Shown: piece by piece, positions 1-14,190 of the stretch
Layout of the letters: the number at the start of each line of letters is the position of its first letter
How positions within the stretch are numbered: the stretch's first letter is position 1
From: Chiloscyllium plagiosum
Taxonomy: Eukaryota
Length of the DNA stretch: 64,000 nucleotides
Assembly: GCF_004010195.1 (NCBI RefSeq)
Contig: NC_057719.1
Coordinates: 92,891,946 to 92,955,945, forward strand
Direction: 5' to 3'
Notes under the pieces: model-generated
Seen by the model: only the letters and a program-made list of their open reading frames with translations
Databases searched by the model: none
What the model was told of the DNA's origin: nothing
Position numbers and translations under genes: made by a program

Positions 1-2410
1 TTTGGTCACTTTGTCAAAAAACTCAATAAGATTTGTTAGACACGATCTACCTTTCACAAAACCGTGCTGACTGTCCCTGATCAGATTATTCTTTTCTAGA
101 TGGTTATAAATCCTATCTCTTATAACCTTTTCCAACACTTTACCAAGAACTGAAGTGAGACTCACTGGTCTGTAAATTCCAGTGTTGTCTTTACTACCCT
201 TTTTAGAACAAGGGAACCACATTTGCTATCCTCCAGTCCTCAGGCACTATTCCTGCAAACAATGATGATTTAAAGATCAATGTCAAAGGCTCAGCAATCC
301 TCTGTTTCCAAGAGGATCCTAGGATAGATCCCATTCGGCCCAGGGGACTTGTCTATTTTCACACTCTGTAGTATTTCTAATACCTCTTCCTTGCTAACCT
401 CAATCTCTTCTAGCCTAGATGCAAGTATCTCTGTATCTTCCTTGCCAATATTTTCATTTTCTATAGTGAACACGGTCGAAAAATATTTAGTTAGTGGTTC
501 TGCTATCTCCTCTGACTCCACACACAACTTCCCACTATTATCCTTGATTGGCCCTAATTTAACTCTCGTCATTCTTTTATTCCTGACATAACTATGGAAA
601 GCCTTAGGGCTAACCGTGATCCTATCCGCCAACAACTTCTCATGTCTCCTCCTGGCTCTTCTGAGCTCTCGTTTTAGGTCTTTCCTGACTCCCTTGTAAC
701 CCTCCAGCGCCCTAACTGAGTTTTCACATCTTGTCCTAACTTAAGCCTTCTTCTTCTTCTTCTTCTTGACCAGGATTCCACTTCCTAAGTAAACCACAAC
801 TCCCGCGTTCTATATCTTCTTCCCTGACTGGCAGGTACATACTTACCTCGGACACACTGGAGCTTTTCCTTGAATAAGCTCCACATTTTTAATCCCATGA
901 AGTTTCTACGCTTCCTAAATCTTTCATAATTGCATCGTAATTTCCTTTCCCCCAGCTGTAACTCTTGCTCGGTGGAGTACACCTATCCCTTTCCATCACT
1001 AAAATAAACCTGACAGAACTGTGATCGCTGTCTCCAAAGTGCTCACCTACTTCCAAATCTAACACCTGGCCAGGCTCGTTGCCCAGTATTAAATCTAAAG
1101 TGGCTTCGCCCCTTGTAGGCCTGTCTACATACTGTGTCAGGAAGCCATCCTGCACACACTGGACAAAAACTGACTCATCTATAGTACTCGTACTGTAGTG
1201 ATCCCAGTCAATATTTGGATAGTTGAAGTCCCCCATGAGAACTACCCTGTCTCTCTTACTCCTATCGAGAATCATCTTTGCTACCCTTTCCTCTACATCT
1301 CTGGGACTATTCGGAGGCCTATAGAAAACTCCCAGCATGGTGGCTTCTCCTTTCCTATTTCTAACCTCAGCCCATACTACCTCAGTTAACGAGTCCCCAA
1401 ACATCCTTTCTACGATGGTAATGTTGTCCCTGATCAACAATGCCACACCTCTCCCTCTTTTACCATCTTCTCTGTTCTTACTGAAACATCTGAATCCAGG
1501 AACCTGCAACAGCCATTCCTGTCCCTGCTCTATCCAAGTCTCCGCAATGGCCACAACATCAGAGACCCAGGTACCAACCCACGCTGCCACTTCTTCTACA
1601 TAATTTCGAATGCTCCTCGTGTTGAAGTACACACACTTCAATTCAGGTTCTAGCTTGCCAGTGTCAGATTCATGATTTTGGAACTCCCTACTCTCATCCT
1701 CATCTGTACCTGTCCTACAATTTTGGTGACCATCACCCTGCTCTATTATTTAAATCCACCTTAATAGCTTTAGCGAATTTCCCACCCAGGATATGGGTAC
1801 TCCTCTAGTGTCGATGAAGACCATCCTGCTTGTAGAGATCCCACCTACCCCAGAAAGAGCTCCAATCATCCAAAACGCGAAACCCTCCCTCCTGCACCAT
1901 CCCTGTAGCCATGTGTTCTACTCCTTTCTCTCCCTATTCCTCACCTCAATAGCACGTGGCACGGGCAGCAAACCAGAGAAAACAACTCTGTTTGTCCTAG
2001 CTCTAAGCTTCCATCCTAGCTCCCTGAATTTCTGCCTCAAGTCCCCATCTCTCTTCCGACCTATGCCATTGGTGCCAATGTGGAACACGACCTGGGGCAG
2101 CTCTCCCTCCCCCCGAAGAATTGCAAAAACACGATCAGAGACATCACGGACCCTGGCACCCGGGAGGCAACACACCAACCGTGAGTCTCTCTCGTCCCCG
2201 CAGAACCTCCTATCTGTCCCCCTAACTATCGGGTCCCCAATGACTACTGCTCAGCTCCTCTTCCCCCTTCCCTTATGAGCAGCAGGTGCCCCACTGCTTT
2301 CCCCTGGTAACTCATCGCCCCCAACAGTATCCAAAACGGTCTACTTATTGTTGAGGGGAAAGGCCACAGGGGATCCCTGCATTGCTTGCCGGTTCCCTTT
2401 CTGTCCCCTA
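1..2410 (-). mobile_element. CR1-clade LINE: ORF1 SGNH-esterase region plus ORF2 APE endonuclease, running off the window start; disrupted
   Basis: ORF 1918..2178 has VCCLPGARVRDV...VVFHIGTNGIG (CR1 ORF1 esterase). ORF 889..1641 has APE motifs (ETW, GVFYRPP, MGDFNYP, LDLIL, SDH). ORF 291..635 has KSPGPNGIYPRIL. Stops and frameshifts lie between these ORFs. Confidence 0.93.
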
Positions 2411-3175
2411 ACTGGACAGTGAGGAGCATTGATACACGGAGATAACTTGGATACAAATCCATTGCTCTCTGAAAAAAAACAGTCCAAGTGGATACGATGT
2501 TAAACAAGGTGTACAACATACTTGTCTTCACTGGCCACAGCATTCATTCTACCACTTATAGTTTGCAAGTCATGTTTTTACTGTGTAAAGCGTCAGTTCA
2601 GCCGCAATTGAAGTGCTCTGTTCACTTCTTCTGAAGGATGTGGAGGCTTTGGAGAGGTGTTAAAGGAGAGATGCAGAAAGTGGAGAAGATGCACTGGAGG
2701 GCATTAGTGACCACGGTAAAGGTGGAAGTTCGGTCTTGAAATTTGAGGTCATCTGGAACATCCTGGACATTGCAAAAGAAGTTTACGAGAGTGTTGCTTG
2801 GATGAGGATATGTTGGGTGTAATGAGAGGGTGCATGCACTTCAATTGTTTTTATGGAGTGTTGCAGGCTGAGGGGCCTCGTGACATAGGCATTCATAGAG
2901 GCGTGGAACATGTGGATAGTTAGATTGTCATTTCCAATTTGGACATGTCTTATAGTAGGGTGCATAGATTTAAGGTGAGAGAGAAAAATTTTAAATTATA
3001 TTTACGAGCAAAATATTTTACAAAGAGGGTGGAACGTGCCTCGGGAGATTTCAGAAGCAGCAATGCTAGCAACGTTTTGAAATAGCATTTAAACAGGCAT
3101 ATGAACAGACAGAGAATGGACGGCATGGACCATGTGTAGGAAGTTAATATGCGATTAGAATCGTATAAAGAAGTC
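2410..3175 (+). mobile_element. Decayed CR1 3' fragment(s)
   Basis: Degenerate similarity to the CR1 ORF2 C-terminus and 3' UTR (e.g. agggtgcatagatttaaggtgagag), interrupted by unrelated sequence. Confidence 0.55.
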
Positions 3176-3924
3176 AAAGAGTGTATGTTCGTTTATAGAC
3201 AGAGGGTGTAGCAATAGCTGCTAGTCGTAGTAGCAGTAGTAGTAATAACAGCAGCAAAAGCAACGTGGTCGGTGCTGTACTCTTTTATTTTGTAACTACC
3301 CAACATCTACTTCAGAATCTGGGATGATTCATAAAATGTCTCTCTCATTCTTCAGAAATCCTTTGAGTGCAAACACCATTTGATCTATCTCTTCCCTTTA
3401 GCATGTCCCTCCATTCCCAACATCAGCTGAATGGAACTTCTCTGGCCTGCCTCCAAAGCAATAATATATTTACTTGGAGCAATAACTTTGTGAATAAAAT
3501 TCTGACTCGTTCCTTGCATAATTAGCAAGATCTCCCAATTTGTAGTCTCCTTTTCTTTGTAATAAATGCCAATGGTTACTTTGACTTCTCTATTACCCGC
3601 TGACCATGAAAGCTACATTTTTCAGGTTGATACACAAAGAGTCCCACAACTCTTTGTGTAGTTTTACTGAATAAAAAAAAAGGATATGAGACTCACAGTA
3701 AGTCGGGAAGGTATTGCAAGGTACTGAAAAAGATATGACAAACCATAATTGGACCCTTAGAAAGAATGGAAAACACTTGTATTTCTAAAATAGAGATTTT
3801 TCATTAATGACACTGTCGGATTTTATGTTTTGGAGTCTTTGCAAATGGCAGAATTGATAAGTATGGGGGAGAGTGATATGGGTTATTTCATTTTTCAGAA
3901 TTCTTTTCACAAATTTACATAAAG

Positions 3925-4400
3925 GCAAGAGAGTAACTCGGGAGTAGATAGGACCCCTTACAGATCAACGCGGCAGTCTGTGTGGAACCACAGGAGATGG
4001 TGGAGATCCTAATCAAATGCTTTGCTTCGGTATTTACTGTGATTAAGGACATAGAAGCTCGGGAACTTGGGAAATAAATAATGATGTATTGAAAAGGGTT
4101 CAATGGAGAGAAGAGGAGGTGCTGAAGGTAATAAACCACAGACTGTCAAAGAAATCCTCTGTATTTGATAAGGTGCATCCGTGGAATGTGTAAGACGCTA
4201 AGGAAAATATTGCAGGGCACCTTGCAGTGACATTTGTATAATCGAAAGCCATGGTGAGTTGCCAAGCGACTGCAGGGTGGCTAATGCTGTTCCATCAATT
4301 CAGGGCTGTTAGGAAACGGCAGATAACTACAGACCAGCGAGGCAGACATCAGTGGCGGGTAAATTGTTGGATTAGATTCTAAGATCTTCATGTATTTGGA
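3925..4400 (+). mobile_element. Decayed CR1 ORF2 fragment
   Basis: Matches the CR1 linker/RT-start region (ctgtgtggaaccacaggagatg..., actacagaccagcgagg). Confidence 0.6.
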
Positions 4401-5214
4401 AATTTGGAAATCCGGAAATTTTCCAAATATCTGTTGGACTCTTTACCGTTCTACATGAGTGATCCTCTTTGTATCGGGTCTAATTTCTGCATCTGCATAT
4501 TTCTCTGTCTTCTGTTGGTACTCCGGAAGTTCCTGAATCTGCAAAATCCCCAACTCCTGTCTCATCCATCACCTCATTGAAGTTGATGGGTCAGCCAGGG
4601 AGAGACATATAGAGGTATATTTGGAACTTTCATTAAATCCTGCAGCGAGGTATGAATATTCAAAGTAAAGAGCAGAGGTTGGTGGCATTATATATTCAGA
4701 AGCGGGACACAGGACATGCACGCTGTGCTAGATAAGGAACTGCAAAATGCTAAGCTTCATTCCCACCTTTTTGTGTGGATCCTGCTTTCGCCTCTGATGT
4801 ATTGGTGCTCACTGAGACAGCACAGGGGAATCCAGGCATCAATTGTGGCTCATGCTCTCTTACTGATTCCTGGAATATCCTCGAGATCTTTCCTCTCTTT
4901 GTAAACTCACCTAGTCTACAGAACGCTACCTATCTCTGTCAGATCCTCAAATCCCTTACGCCCTTATCCCTAAACATCTCCAGCAGATACTATCTTCTTT
5001 CATGTCTGTAAATCCCGACAATCCTGACTGTCCATGTAAGCTCCTCCTACCAATGCAACCTCCATGTCTGTATGTTGAATTCTTCCAGGATGTGACAAAA
5101 CACCTTAATGGCTCATTCAGAAAGTACAGAGGCATGGGATACAGGGAAATGTGGCTGTCTGGATTCAGAATTGGCAACATCACAAAACATAGTGTGTAGT
5201 AGTAGATGGAACTT

Positions 5215-6810
5215 AATTGAGCCTGAAGCACAGTGACCTGTGGTGTTCTACAGGGATCATTTCTGGTGCTTCTGCTCTTTCTGATTTCATGAATGACTTG
5301 ATTTGGATGTGGAAGAGTGGGTTAGTAAGCTTGCTGATGACACAAATGTTTGTGAAATGGTAGATAGTTTGGAGGGGTGTTGTAGGTTGCAACGGGACAT
5401 TGACAGCATGCAGAACTGGGCTGACAAGTGGCACATGGAGTTCAATCTGGAAAAGTCTGATTGATTCATTTTGGAAAGTCGAATTTGAATGCAGAATACA
5501 GGGTTAAAGGCAGGATTATTGACAGTGTGGAGGAACAGAGGCATCTTGGGGTCACGTCAATAGATTCCTCAAATTTGCTACCTAAGTTAATAAGTATGTT
5601 GGCTTTCATTAGCTGGGGGATGGTCTTTAAGAGCCGTGAGGTTTTGCCGCAGTTGTGTATAGCCCTAGATAGACAACACTGAAAATGTTGCCTTTAGTTT
5701 TGGTCCTCTCATTACAGGAAGGATATGGAAGCTTGAGAGAGGGTACAACGATTTACCAGGACGCTGCCTGGACTGGAGGGTATTTCTTATGAAACAAGGT
5801 TGAGGGAGCGAAGGCTTTACTCATTGGAGCGAAGAAGAGTGATGGACTACTGAATGGAGCTGATCAATAATAATGAGAGGAACAGATGGAGTGAATAATC
5901 TGCTATTTTTTTCCCATAGTAGAAATGGCTATCAAAAGGGGATATAATTTTAAGATGATTAGAGGAAGGTTGAGTGGAGATTCCCGAGTTTGTTTCTCTA
6001 CACAGAGTGGAGGGTTTGTGGAATGCACTGCCGGCAGTGGTAGTTGTGTCAAACACATTACAGACGTTTAATACACTCTTTGATATGCGCATGGATCATA
6101 GTAAAATGAAGCTGATAGAAGTTATTTTGATCTTATAGCAGGATGTAAGGTCGGCAGAGCATTGAGAGCTGAAGGACCTTGTGCAGTCCTGTTCTCTGTT
6201 CTACATTCTGTATGGTAGAGAGGGTAATCAGTTCAGATCAGTGTCGAAGGATATGGCATCCAGGAGGATATAGTCAACTTGATACAGAATTTATTTCATG
6301 GTAGGACACAGGGGGTGATGGTAGACCTTTTGTTTTTCTGACTGGAGGCATATGACCAGTGGTATAGTCAGTCCACTGTTGTTCGTCACTTGGATAAATG
6401 GTTTGGCTGAAAATATTGGTTTCCTGGTAAGTACATTTTTGGGTGAAACTGAAATTGGTGATATATTTGACAGTGAAGAAAGTTATCTATGGGACAACAG
6501 GATTAGCAGTATTTTTGATATAGTGGGCTTAAGAATAGCAAATGGAGTTTCGTTAGATAAGTGCAAAACATTACACAAACCACGGTGGGAATTGTAAAGT
6601 TAATTTTTGGGCCCTGGGTAGTGTTGTCAATCAGTGGCCTAGGGATGCAGGTACACAGTTCTTTGAAAGTAGTGTCAAAGGTCGACAACCTGGTGAAGCA
6701 GGCGTTTGGGATGGTTACTTACATTGATCAGATTATTGAGATTAGGAGTCGGGATATCATGTTGTGACTGTATAAGACATTGGTGTGGGCACCATAAGGC
6801 TATTGTTTAT
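5215..6810 (+). mobile_element. Two adjacent 5'-truncated CR1 copies (RT motif region to 3' tail)
   Basis: aagcttgctgatgacaca (KLADDT, ~5327), MIHFGKSN..., and a tgttctctgttctacattct tail near 6190-6210. A second RT fragment follows at 6215-6810. Confidence 0.75.
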
Positions 6811-9769
6811 CAGTAGGAAGAACTCATCTGGTCCACCTTAGGGAAGGACATCTGACATTCTAACCTGCTCTGGCCTACAAGTGACTCCAGAACCACAGCA
6901 ATATTGCTGACTCTGAGCTACCCTCTGGACGATTAGCAGTGGGACAAAGAAAGTTGGTCCAATCAGTGACACCCACATCCTATGAATGAATAAATAGAAA
7001 TGCAGATGTCTCTCACTACCTCTGAAAACACCTCCAGCTGCATCAATTCGTACTGGCTTTATAACAACTTACAGACACTGGTCACTCTCTGTAACAATTT
7101 CACTACCTTTGGGAACTTCAACTCTCCCTGTTCCTTCCGTGGCAATAAGCCACGACAATGAAGCCCGATCCCACTTCCCGCCTCCTGCTCGGAGACCATT
7201 CGCAATCCCTTTAAAACTTATTGCTTAAACACACTCTCGCTTCAGAATAGTTAGTACATTTTCGTGATCTTCAAATCTGATAATCCAATATGATCAATTT
7301 TGTCCTTTGTGAGGGACGGTGGGAATTTCTTGCTGAGATTTAGTCTGTTTCATTGGAATGTCCTTTTGATGAGTGTTTAGCACTGTTCCTTTAAATGTTT
7401 TCCATTGTTCATTCGCAGACACATATTTCTGTCTGTTTACCCTGTTTACCGTGGTCAGTTCTCCTCTGAAACTCAAGTAATTGGGTATTTTTATTTCTAG
7501 TTGTATCCTGTCTAATCTGTGATTCACTTTAAAACTTTATAAATAATTGAATTTCACATGTTGCATCTTTCCTAGAGGATCTCGCCATGTGACATTACTC
7601 ATTCACTCAGCTTCATCACACAAGTGTTGATCTGAGATAGTTACGTCCCTCGCCAGTTGCACAATGTGGTATTCAAAGAAACATTAACGGAAACATTTTT
7701 GAACTCCGCTTCCAATATCAGTCTTGACAGTGTGGTTGTCCCAGATTATGTGAAGATTGAAGTATCCCAAAATTATAACAATGCCATTGTTACAAACTCC
7801 AGTGAATTCCATTTTAATGCAGTGATGAGAAATAAAATGTTGTTAGCGGGCCTAAAATCTTTCTCCTGCTTATGTCTTTGGAAAGTAGGAGCCAGAATTT
7901 GCATTCATACGGATTCTACTTCAGGATCTGAGGCCAAATGATTTATCTGTAATGCCTTTGTTATTCATTACTGTCAGCGTTGCCCAACCCTGCCAATCTG
8001 CCTACGACCCCACAAGGTTGTATACCATTTGATATTTATCTTTCACCGTTTATTCATCCTGTAGCCACATCTCTTTGGTGTCTAAAACTCATTTATCTTG
8101 GTTTCACAAATGCATCTACCTTGTTGAAGGGACTTTGCCTATTTTAAAAGAAAAACGGCTGATGCACTCTTTTCCACAATCCTGTCACAACCCTATCCGC
8201 CGATGTAGTTTTAATTAAACTCTATCCCATCCTGTTCCTTTCTGCTTGTCTTCAGCCACGTCCATATGCTGTTCCGATGCGTTCCCTTTTCTCTTGGATT
8301 TGGAAAGATCCTTTCACCTGATCCCCGTCCCTGCATCCTCTCTGTCAGTTTAAAACTCTGTCCATAAACCTACTCACACGATTCACAAGAACACTGGTCC
8401 CCGAACAGTTCCATTCAGGCTCAGTGCAATCGGTTTTTATGTTAATTCACTCGTGGGATGTGGGCGTCTCTGGCTAGTCAGCATTTCTTACCCAGCCCGA
8501 GCTGCCCCTGGACTGAGTGGCTTGCTCTGCTATTTCAGAGGGTAATTAAGGGACATAAATTTGCTGTGGGTATGTCGTGCATACCACATTTGGATGGCAA
8601 CTGTCCTTCTTGAAAAGACAAGTGATCGTATTTATTGTACATCAGCATTGGGTTCAAATGTATTTATTGATTGTTAATTAGAATTTTTAAAATTATTGAT
8701 TTCAAATTTCACTATTTCTGTGACCCTTGAAGATTAGCTGAGGCTTTTTGTTCATGCTCTAACAAAAAAACCACGAGGCCATCACTTTGCCTGCTCTCAG
8801 GTTGCTCCTTCATGCACACTGATATCAGTGCATCATAAAGCAAAACCAATCCTTCCAACACAATTGAGTGATCCTGAAACGTTCTGAAACTGTGGTGATA
8901 TCACCCGTATCTCTCCATGTAGTATCCCTCACTGTGTAGGTCTAATTACTGCCTCTGTCAGTGAATCCCATTCTGGAAGCTACCCCAGATCCTGAGCCAA
9001 CAGAATTCTCCACTCCAGAGAGACGAGGTAGCACAGGGCAGCGATGGAGACTGTGGGACTCAGTGACATTCTTCCTGTGTAATACTCATTGCATCACTAT
9101 AATTTCCCATTCCGTCCATTTCTTTGTCTCCTGTAGATACTCGGGAACTTCCTGACTGAACAGAAGTCTGGGTGTCTCATCCATCACCACATTCAAGATG
9201 GTTGGTCAGTCAGAGAGACAAAACTGAAGCAAGATCTGGAACCTTCAATAAATCCTGTAACAAGGTGATATCTCTCACAGTGCACAAAGCAGAGAGCAAT
9301 GAGAGGACTCCAAACATCGACCAACGAGACATGAATTGTGCTGGAGACGGAGCACAACATGGAACACCCCTGGCTTAATCACCACCCTAACTTTGTTTTC
9401 TTGTACTAAGAAAACATAGGGAGTTCACAGTCTTGAATCCAGATCTGTGCTGTCTGAATAAGCATTAGTACAACACTGGGACAAGCAGGCCTTCCACAAT
9501 AGGATAGGAATGCTGTCTGAGATGTTTGTGCTCTATGTTCCCTCTCCAACACTGTACCTATGTCACATCTCATGGACCAGTGTCTTCAATTTTTTTAACT
9601 CCTATAACAATTCATATGCCTGCATTCTCCTCCCTTTTCTATAGTCCCTCCATATATTTGAAACAGACTCCAATCCAGACAGCCATTCCTATCGCTGTAA
9701 CTTTCTTCGGTCTCGACAATGTGCCTTATCACTGTGGTCTCCTCTTCCAATAACTGTAGACAGAGTCAT

Positions 9770-10140
9770 GCAGCATAGAAACAGAACCATCGGACCAATT
9801 CGTCTATGCTGACCAGGTTCCTAAACTGGACCAGTGACATTTGCTTGCATTTGGCCCATCTCCCTTCAAACTTTCTCTTCTCCATGTAGCTACCCAAATG
9901 TGTTTTATGTTTTGTAATAATGGTTCTTTCTACCACTTCCCTGACTGCTCATTCAATATATGCACCACACTCTGTCCGAAAAAATATTCTCCTCTGATTT
10001 TTTAATTCTTTCCTCTCTCACCTCATATTTATGGCCTCTAGTTATGGACTTCACTACCCTGTGGTAGAGACTTTGGCTATTCACTTTACTCATGGCCCGC
10101 ATGGTTTCATATATCTTTATAAGTTTACTCCTCAGCCACC
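9770..10140 (-). mobile_element. CR1 3' end fragment
   Basis: ORF 9953..10255 contains LRSKLIKIYETMR...TRGHKYEVR, the CR1 ORF2 C-terminus. Confidence 0.7.
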
Positions 10141-10992
10141 GAAACCCAATGGAATTACCAAAAAACAATGATGCAAACACCTCTGCTCGGGTCCTTGTCA
10201 CTGCTTTGTCACAATGTTCTGGGATAAACTTGTGTGGGACTTGGTATTTCTCCACCTTCGTGTTTGAAGACCGCCAACACTAGCTCTTCCGTATTGGGGA
10301 CACTTTTCAAGCCATCATTGTTTATTTCCCTTACTTGTCCACGGTCCATTCTGACATGAAATATTCATTTATGGTTTTGCCCATCTCCGGTGTTTCCACA
10401 CAAGAATAGCCTCGTCGATCATTAAGGGGCCTAGTGTCTCTCTAGTTGTTTTTTTGTACTTGTGTGCTGTAGAATCTCTTTGGATTCCCCTTAACCTTAT
10501 CTGTCAAAGGCGCCCCATTTCCCCCAATTTTGCTTGCCAGCTTATCCAGCCTCTCCTTGTAAGTCAAACCCCCCCAGCATCAATAAGATTCTTTGACAAT
10601 CTTTGCTTCTTTCACACATTCAGAAAATGCTTCCTAAAGCAGAATGATCATAATTCTACACAGTACACCAACTGGAGAGCCAACAATGCCTTGTGCAGCC
10701 ACAACATGATTTACCAACTTATGTTCCTAATGCTCTGAACCATGAGGGCAAGTGTGCCAAATGCCACTTCCACCATCCTGTCCACCTATGAGGTCACTTA
10801 CAAAGAACAATTTAACTGCACCCCTTGGTCTCTCTTTGTTCAACAACACTAGAGTCACTTCCAATAACGTACCCACCACTGACATCAAGCCAATTGGTCT
10901 TTCGGTCCCTGGCGTACCCTCGCAGCCTTTTTTCAAAATACTGGCACAACATTAAATTCCCTCCATGCTTCCAGCCATCACACGTGGCCATC

Positions 10993-12947
10993 ACTGATAT
11001 AAATATATCTTTAAATGATACTGCTGTTTCTTCCGCGCTTCCAGCAAAGTCCTGGGATACACTTGATTAGTTTGGCTATTTTTTATGCATTTTAAGACCT
11101 CCAGCACCTCCTGTTCTGCAACGTGGTGTCTTTTGAAAACATCACTCTTTATTTCCCTGACTTCCCCAGGTTTTCCCCACAGTAAGTTCTGACATGAAAT
11201 TTTCGTTTAGGATCTCACCGAACTTCTGTGGTTCCACATATGGGTGGCCCTATTGATATTTAAATGGGCACAATCTGCCCCTCGTTAATCTTGTGTTATT
11301 ATTATTCATGAAGACTCCTCTGTATTTTCCTCAGCATTATCTGCCAATGCTTTGGCAGGTCCCATATTTGCCTTACTGCTTTCCCTCTTAAGTGTATTAT
11401 GACAAACGCAATGTTCTTCGAGGGAATCCACCTGGCTATATTTGAAATGTTCCCGTGTTTCTTGACCAGAACCTCAATAATCCGAGTCATCCAGAAATTT
11501 CAACTTGTGATCAGCATTGTTCTTCGTACTAACAGGATTATGCTGGTCTGAACTCTCATTTTCATTCTTTCATTTGAAAACGTCCCACCTGCCTGAAGTC
11601 CCTTTAACTGCAAATTGCCGCCACAAATCAACTTACCAATGCTCTTGATTAATATCGTCTGGATTGGGACAAGGCCAATTTTGATGTGTAACTTGTAGAC
11701 CAGGCCTGTCCTTTTCCATAGCTATTTTAAAACTAATAGAATTGTGGTCACTTTATCAACGTGTTCCTCCACTAACACCTCTGTCCATTTACTTACCTTG
11801 TTTTCAAAGTTCACGTCAGGTTTTACGCTTTTCTCCAGGGTGGTGGTGAACATTTAGAGGTAATTGGGCACATCGGTACTTGTGACATGGGTACACAATT
11901 GGATGAGGTCCTGTCAAGTGAGAAGATGGAGTTAGTTAAGAAGTCAAAAAGCGGGACCTCCGGGGTAGTGATCTGCAATTCTATTCATGGCGGCAATTTG
12001 CAGTTAGAGGGACTTCAGGCAGGTGGGACGCTTTCAAATGAGAGAATGAAAATGATGAGTTCAGACCAGCATATTCCTGTTAGTGCGAAGGACAATGCTG
12101 ATCGCAAGTTGAAATTTCTGGATGACTCGAGTTATTGAGGTTCTGGTCAAGAAATACGGGAACATTGCATATATAGCCAGCTGGATTCCCTCGAAGAACA
12201 TTGCGTTTGTCATAATACACTTAAGAGGGAAAGCAGTAAGGCAAATATGGGACCTGCCAAAGCATTGGCAGATAATGCTGAGGAAAATACAGAGGAGTCT
12301 TCATGAATAATAATAACACAAGATTAACATAGAACATAGAAGAATACAGCGCAGTACATGCCCTTCGGCCCTCAAAGTTGCGCCGATCCAAGCCCACCTA
12401 ACCTACACTAGCCCACTATCCTCCATATGCCTATCCAATACCCGCTTAAATGCCCATAATGAGGGAGAGTCCACCACTGCTACTGGCAGGGCATTCCATG
12501 AACTCACGACTCGCTGAGTAAAGAACCTACCCCTAACATCTGTCCTGTACCTACCCTCCCTTAATTTAAAGCTATGCCCCCTTGTAATAGCTGACTCCAT
12601 ACGTGGAAAAAGATTCTCACTGTCGACCCTATTTAAACCCCTAATCATCTTATAACGAGGGGCAGATTGTGCCCATTTAAATATCAATAGGGCCACCCAT
12701 ATGTGGAACCACAGAAGGTCGGTGAGATCCTAAACGAAAATTCCATGTCAGAACTTACTGTGGGGAAAACCTGGGGAAGTCAGGGAAATAAAGAGTGATG
12801 TCTTCAAAAGACACCACGTTGCAGAACAGGAGGTGCTAGAGGTCTTAAAATGCATAAAAAATAGCCAAACTAATCAAGTGTATCCCAGGATTTTGTTGGA
12901 AGCTCGGAAGAAACAGCAGTGTCCCTTAAAGATATGTTTATATCAGT
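10993..12947. repeat. Fold-back inverted duplication of a decayed CR1 segment (arms 10993-11623 and 11988-12947, ~364-bp spacer)
   Basis: ORFs 11302..11490(-) and 12122..12310(+) are near-identical, and the arms are reverse complements at nucleotide level. Confidence 0.92.
12329..12652 (-). mobile_element. Young 5'-truncated CR1 inserted into the right arm of the inverted duplication
   Basis: Intact ORF2 C-terminus (TRGHSFKLREGRYRTDVRGRFFTQRVVSSWNALP), acatagaacataga tail, flanked by TAAC/TAAC, and absent from the left arm. Confidence 0.88.
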
Positions 12948-13024
12948 CACAGTGTCTCTTCATTCAGATTCCTTTCTCTCCAGCCTGCTGAAACCTCTTC
13001 TTGTCATTGTAACCCTCTCTATTT

Positions 13025-13625
13025 TGAACATAGAACAATGCAGCGCAGTACAGACCGTGGCCCTCGATATTTTTCTGACTTTTTAGCCTACTCGTTAGAT
13101 TAAACTAACTTCCATCCCCTTCATGATGCTATCATCCATGTTCCTATCCAATTGTCATTTAAATGTCCCTAATGTATCTGACTCTAATACCACTGCCGGA
13201 AGCAGCCACCAATCTCTGTGTAAATCAGTTACCTCTTACATCTCCCGTAAACCTTCCTCCAATTACGTTAACATTATGTTCCTTTGTGATAGCCACTTCT
13301 GCCATGGGAAGAAGTCTGTGGTTAACGACTCTATTTATGCATCTCATTAACTTGTACATCTCTATCAAATGACCATTCTTCCTACTTCACTCAATGAGAA
13401 AAGCCCCAGCGTCCTCAAACTTTCCGTCATAGGACATGCCCTCCAATCTAGGCAGCATTCTAGTAAACATAATCTGTATACTCTTGAAAGCTTCCAGATT
13501 CTTCCCATAATCAGGCAACCAGAATTGAACACAATATTCCAAGTGTGGTCTAACCAGGGATGTATAATGCTGCAGCATAACCTAGCAGCTATTCAACTCC
13601 ATCCCCCCTGTTAATGAAAGCCAAC
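13025..13625 (-). mobile_element. CR1 3' fragment
   Basis: ORF 13387..13578 has LVRPHLEYCVQFW; gaacatagaaca tail near 13026. Confidence 0.8.
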
Positions 13626-13631
13626 CCAGCA

Positions 13632-13910
13632 TCAATTCCCGCCTCAGGCGACTGACTGTGTGGAGTTTGCACGTTCTCCCCGTGTCTGCGTGGGTTTCCT
13701 CCGGGTGCTCCGGTTTCCTCCCACAGTCCAAAGATGTGCAGGTCAGGTGAATTGGCCATGCTAAATTGCCCGTAGTGATAGGTAAGGGGTAAATGTAGGG
13801 GTATGGGTGGGTTGCGCTTCGGCGGGTCGGTGTGGACTTGTTGGGCCGAAGGGCCTGTTTCCATACTGTAATGTCAACTAAATCTAAAATGTAATCTAAA
13901 GTAATCTAAA
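13632..13910 (+). mobile_element. HE1-type SINE, 5'-truncated
   Basis: tgtggagtttgcacgttctccccgtgtctgcgtgggtttcctccgggtgctccggtttcctcccacagtcc core with an (atctaa)-like tail. Confidence 0.9.
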
Positions 13911-14071
13911 CGTGAGGGGTCTATGGACGTGGATCCAAGTTCCTGCTGTTCAACCACATTGCCTTGTAAAGGTTTTCTGCTGAATCGTCCAATCTTGAAC
14001 CCTAGGGATTTGGTACATTTCGCCAGTCCCTACAAGACTCATAAACTGGGAAACTTGTTCAACACCCGGCA

Positions 14072-14190
14072 AGGAGAAAGTGAGGACTGCAGATGCTGGA
14101 GATCAGAGCTGAAAAATGTGTTGCTGGAAAAGCACAGCTGGTCAGGCAGCATCCAAGGAGCAGGAGAATCGACTTTTCAGGCATAAACAC
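14072..14190 (-). mobile_element. Short Penelope-derived terminal repeat remnant
   Basis: gaggactgcagatgctggag...ggaaaagcacagctggtcaggcagcatcc, shared with the ends of the element at 27730-30130. Confidence 0.65.

Noticed and set aside
4393..4429. Small hairpin tatttggaaa...tttccaaata at a CR1 junction
   Set aside because: 10-bp AT-rich arms, most likely a repair or slippage scar.
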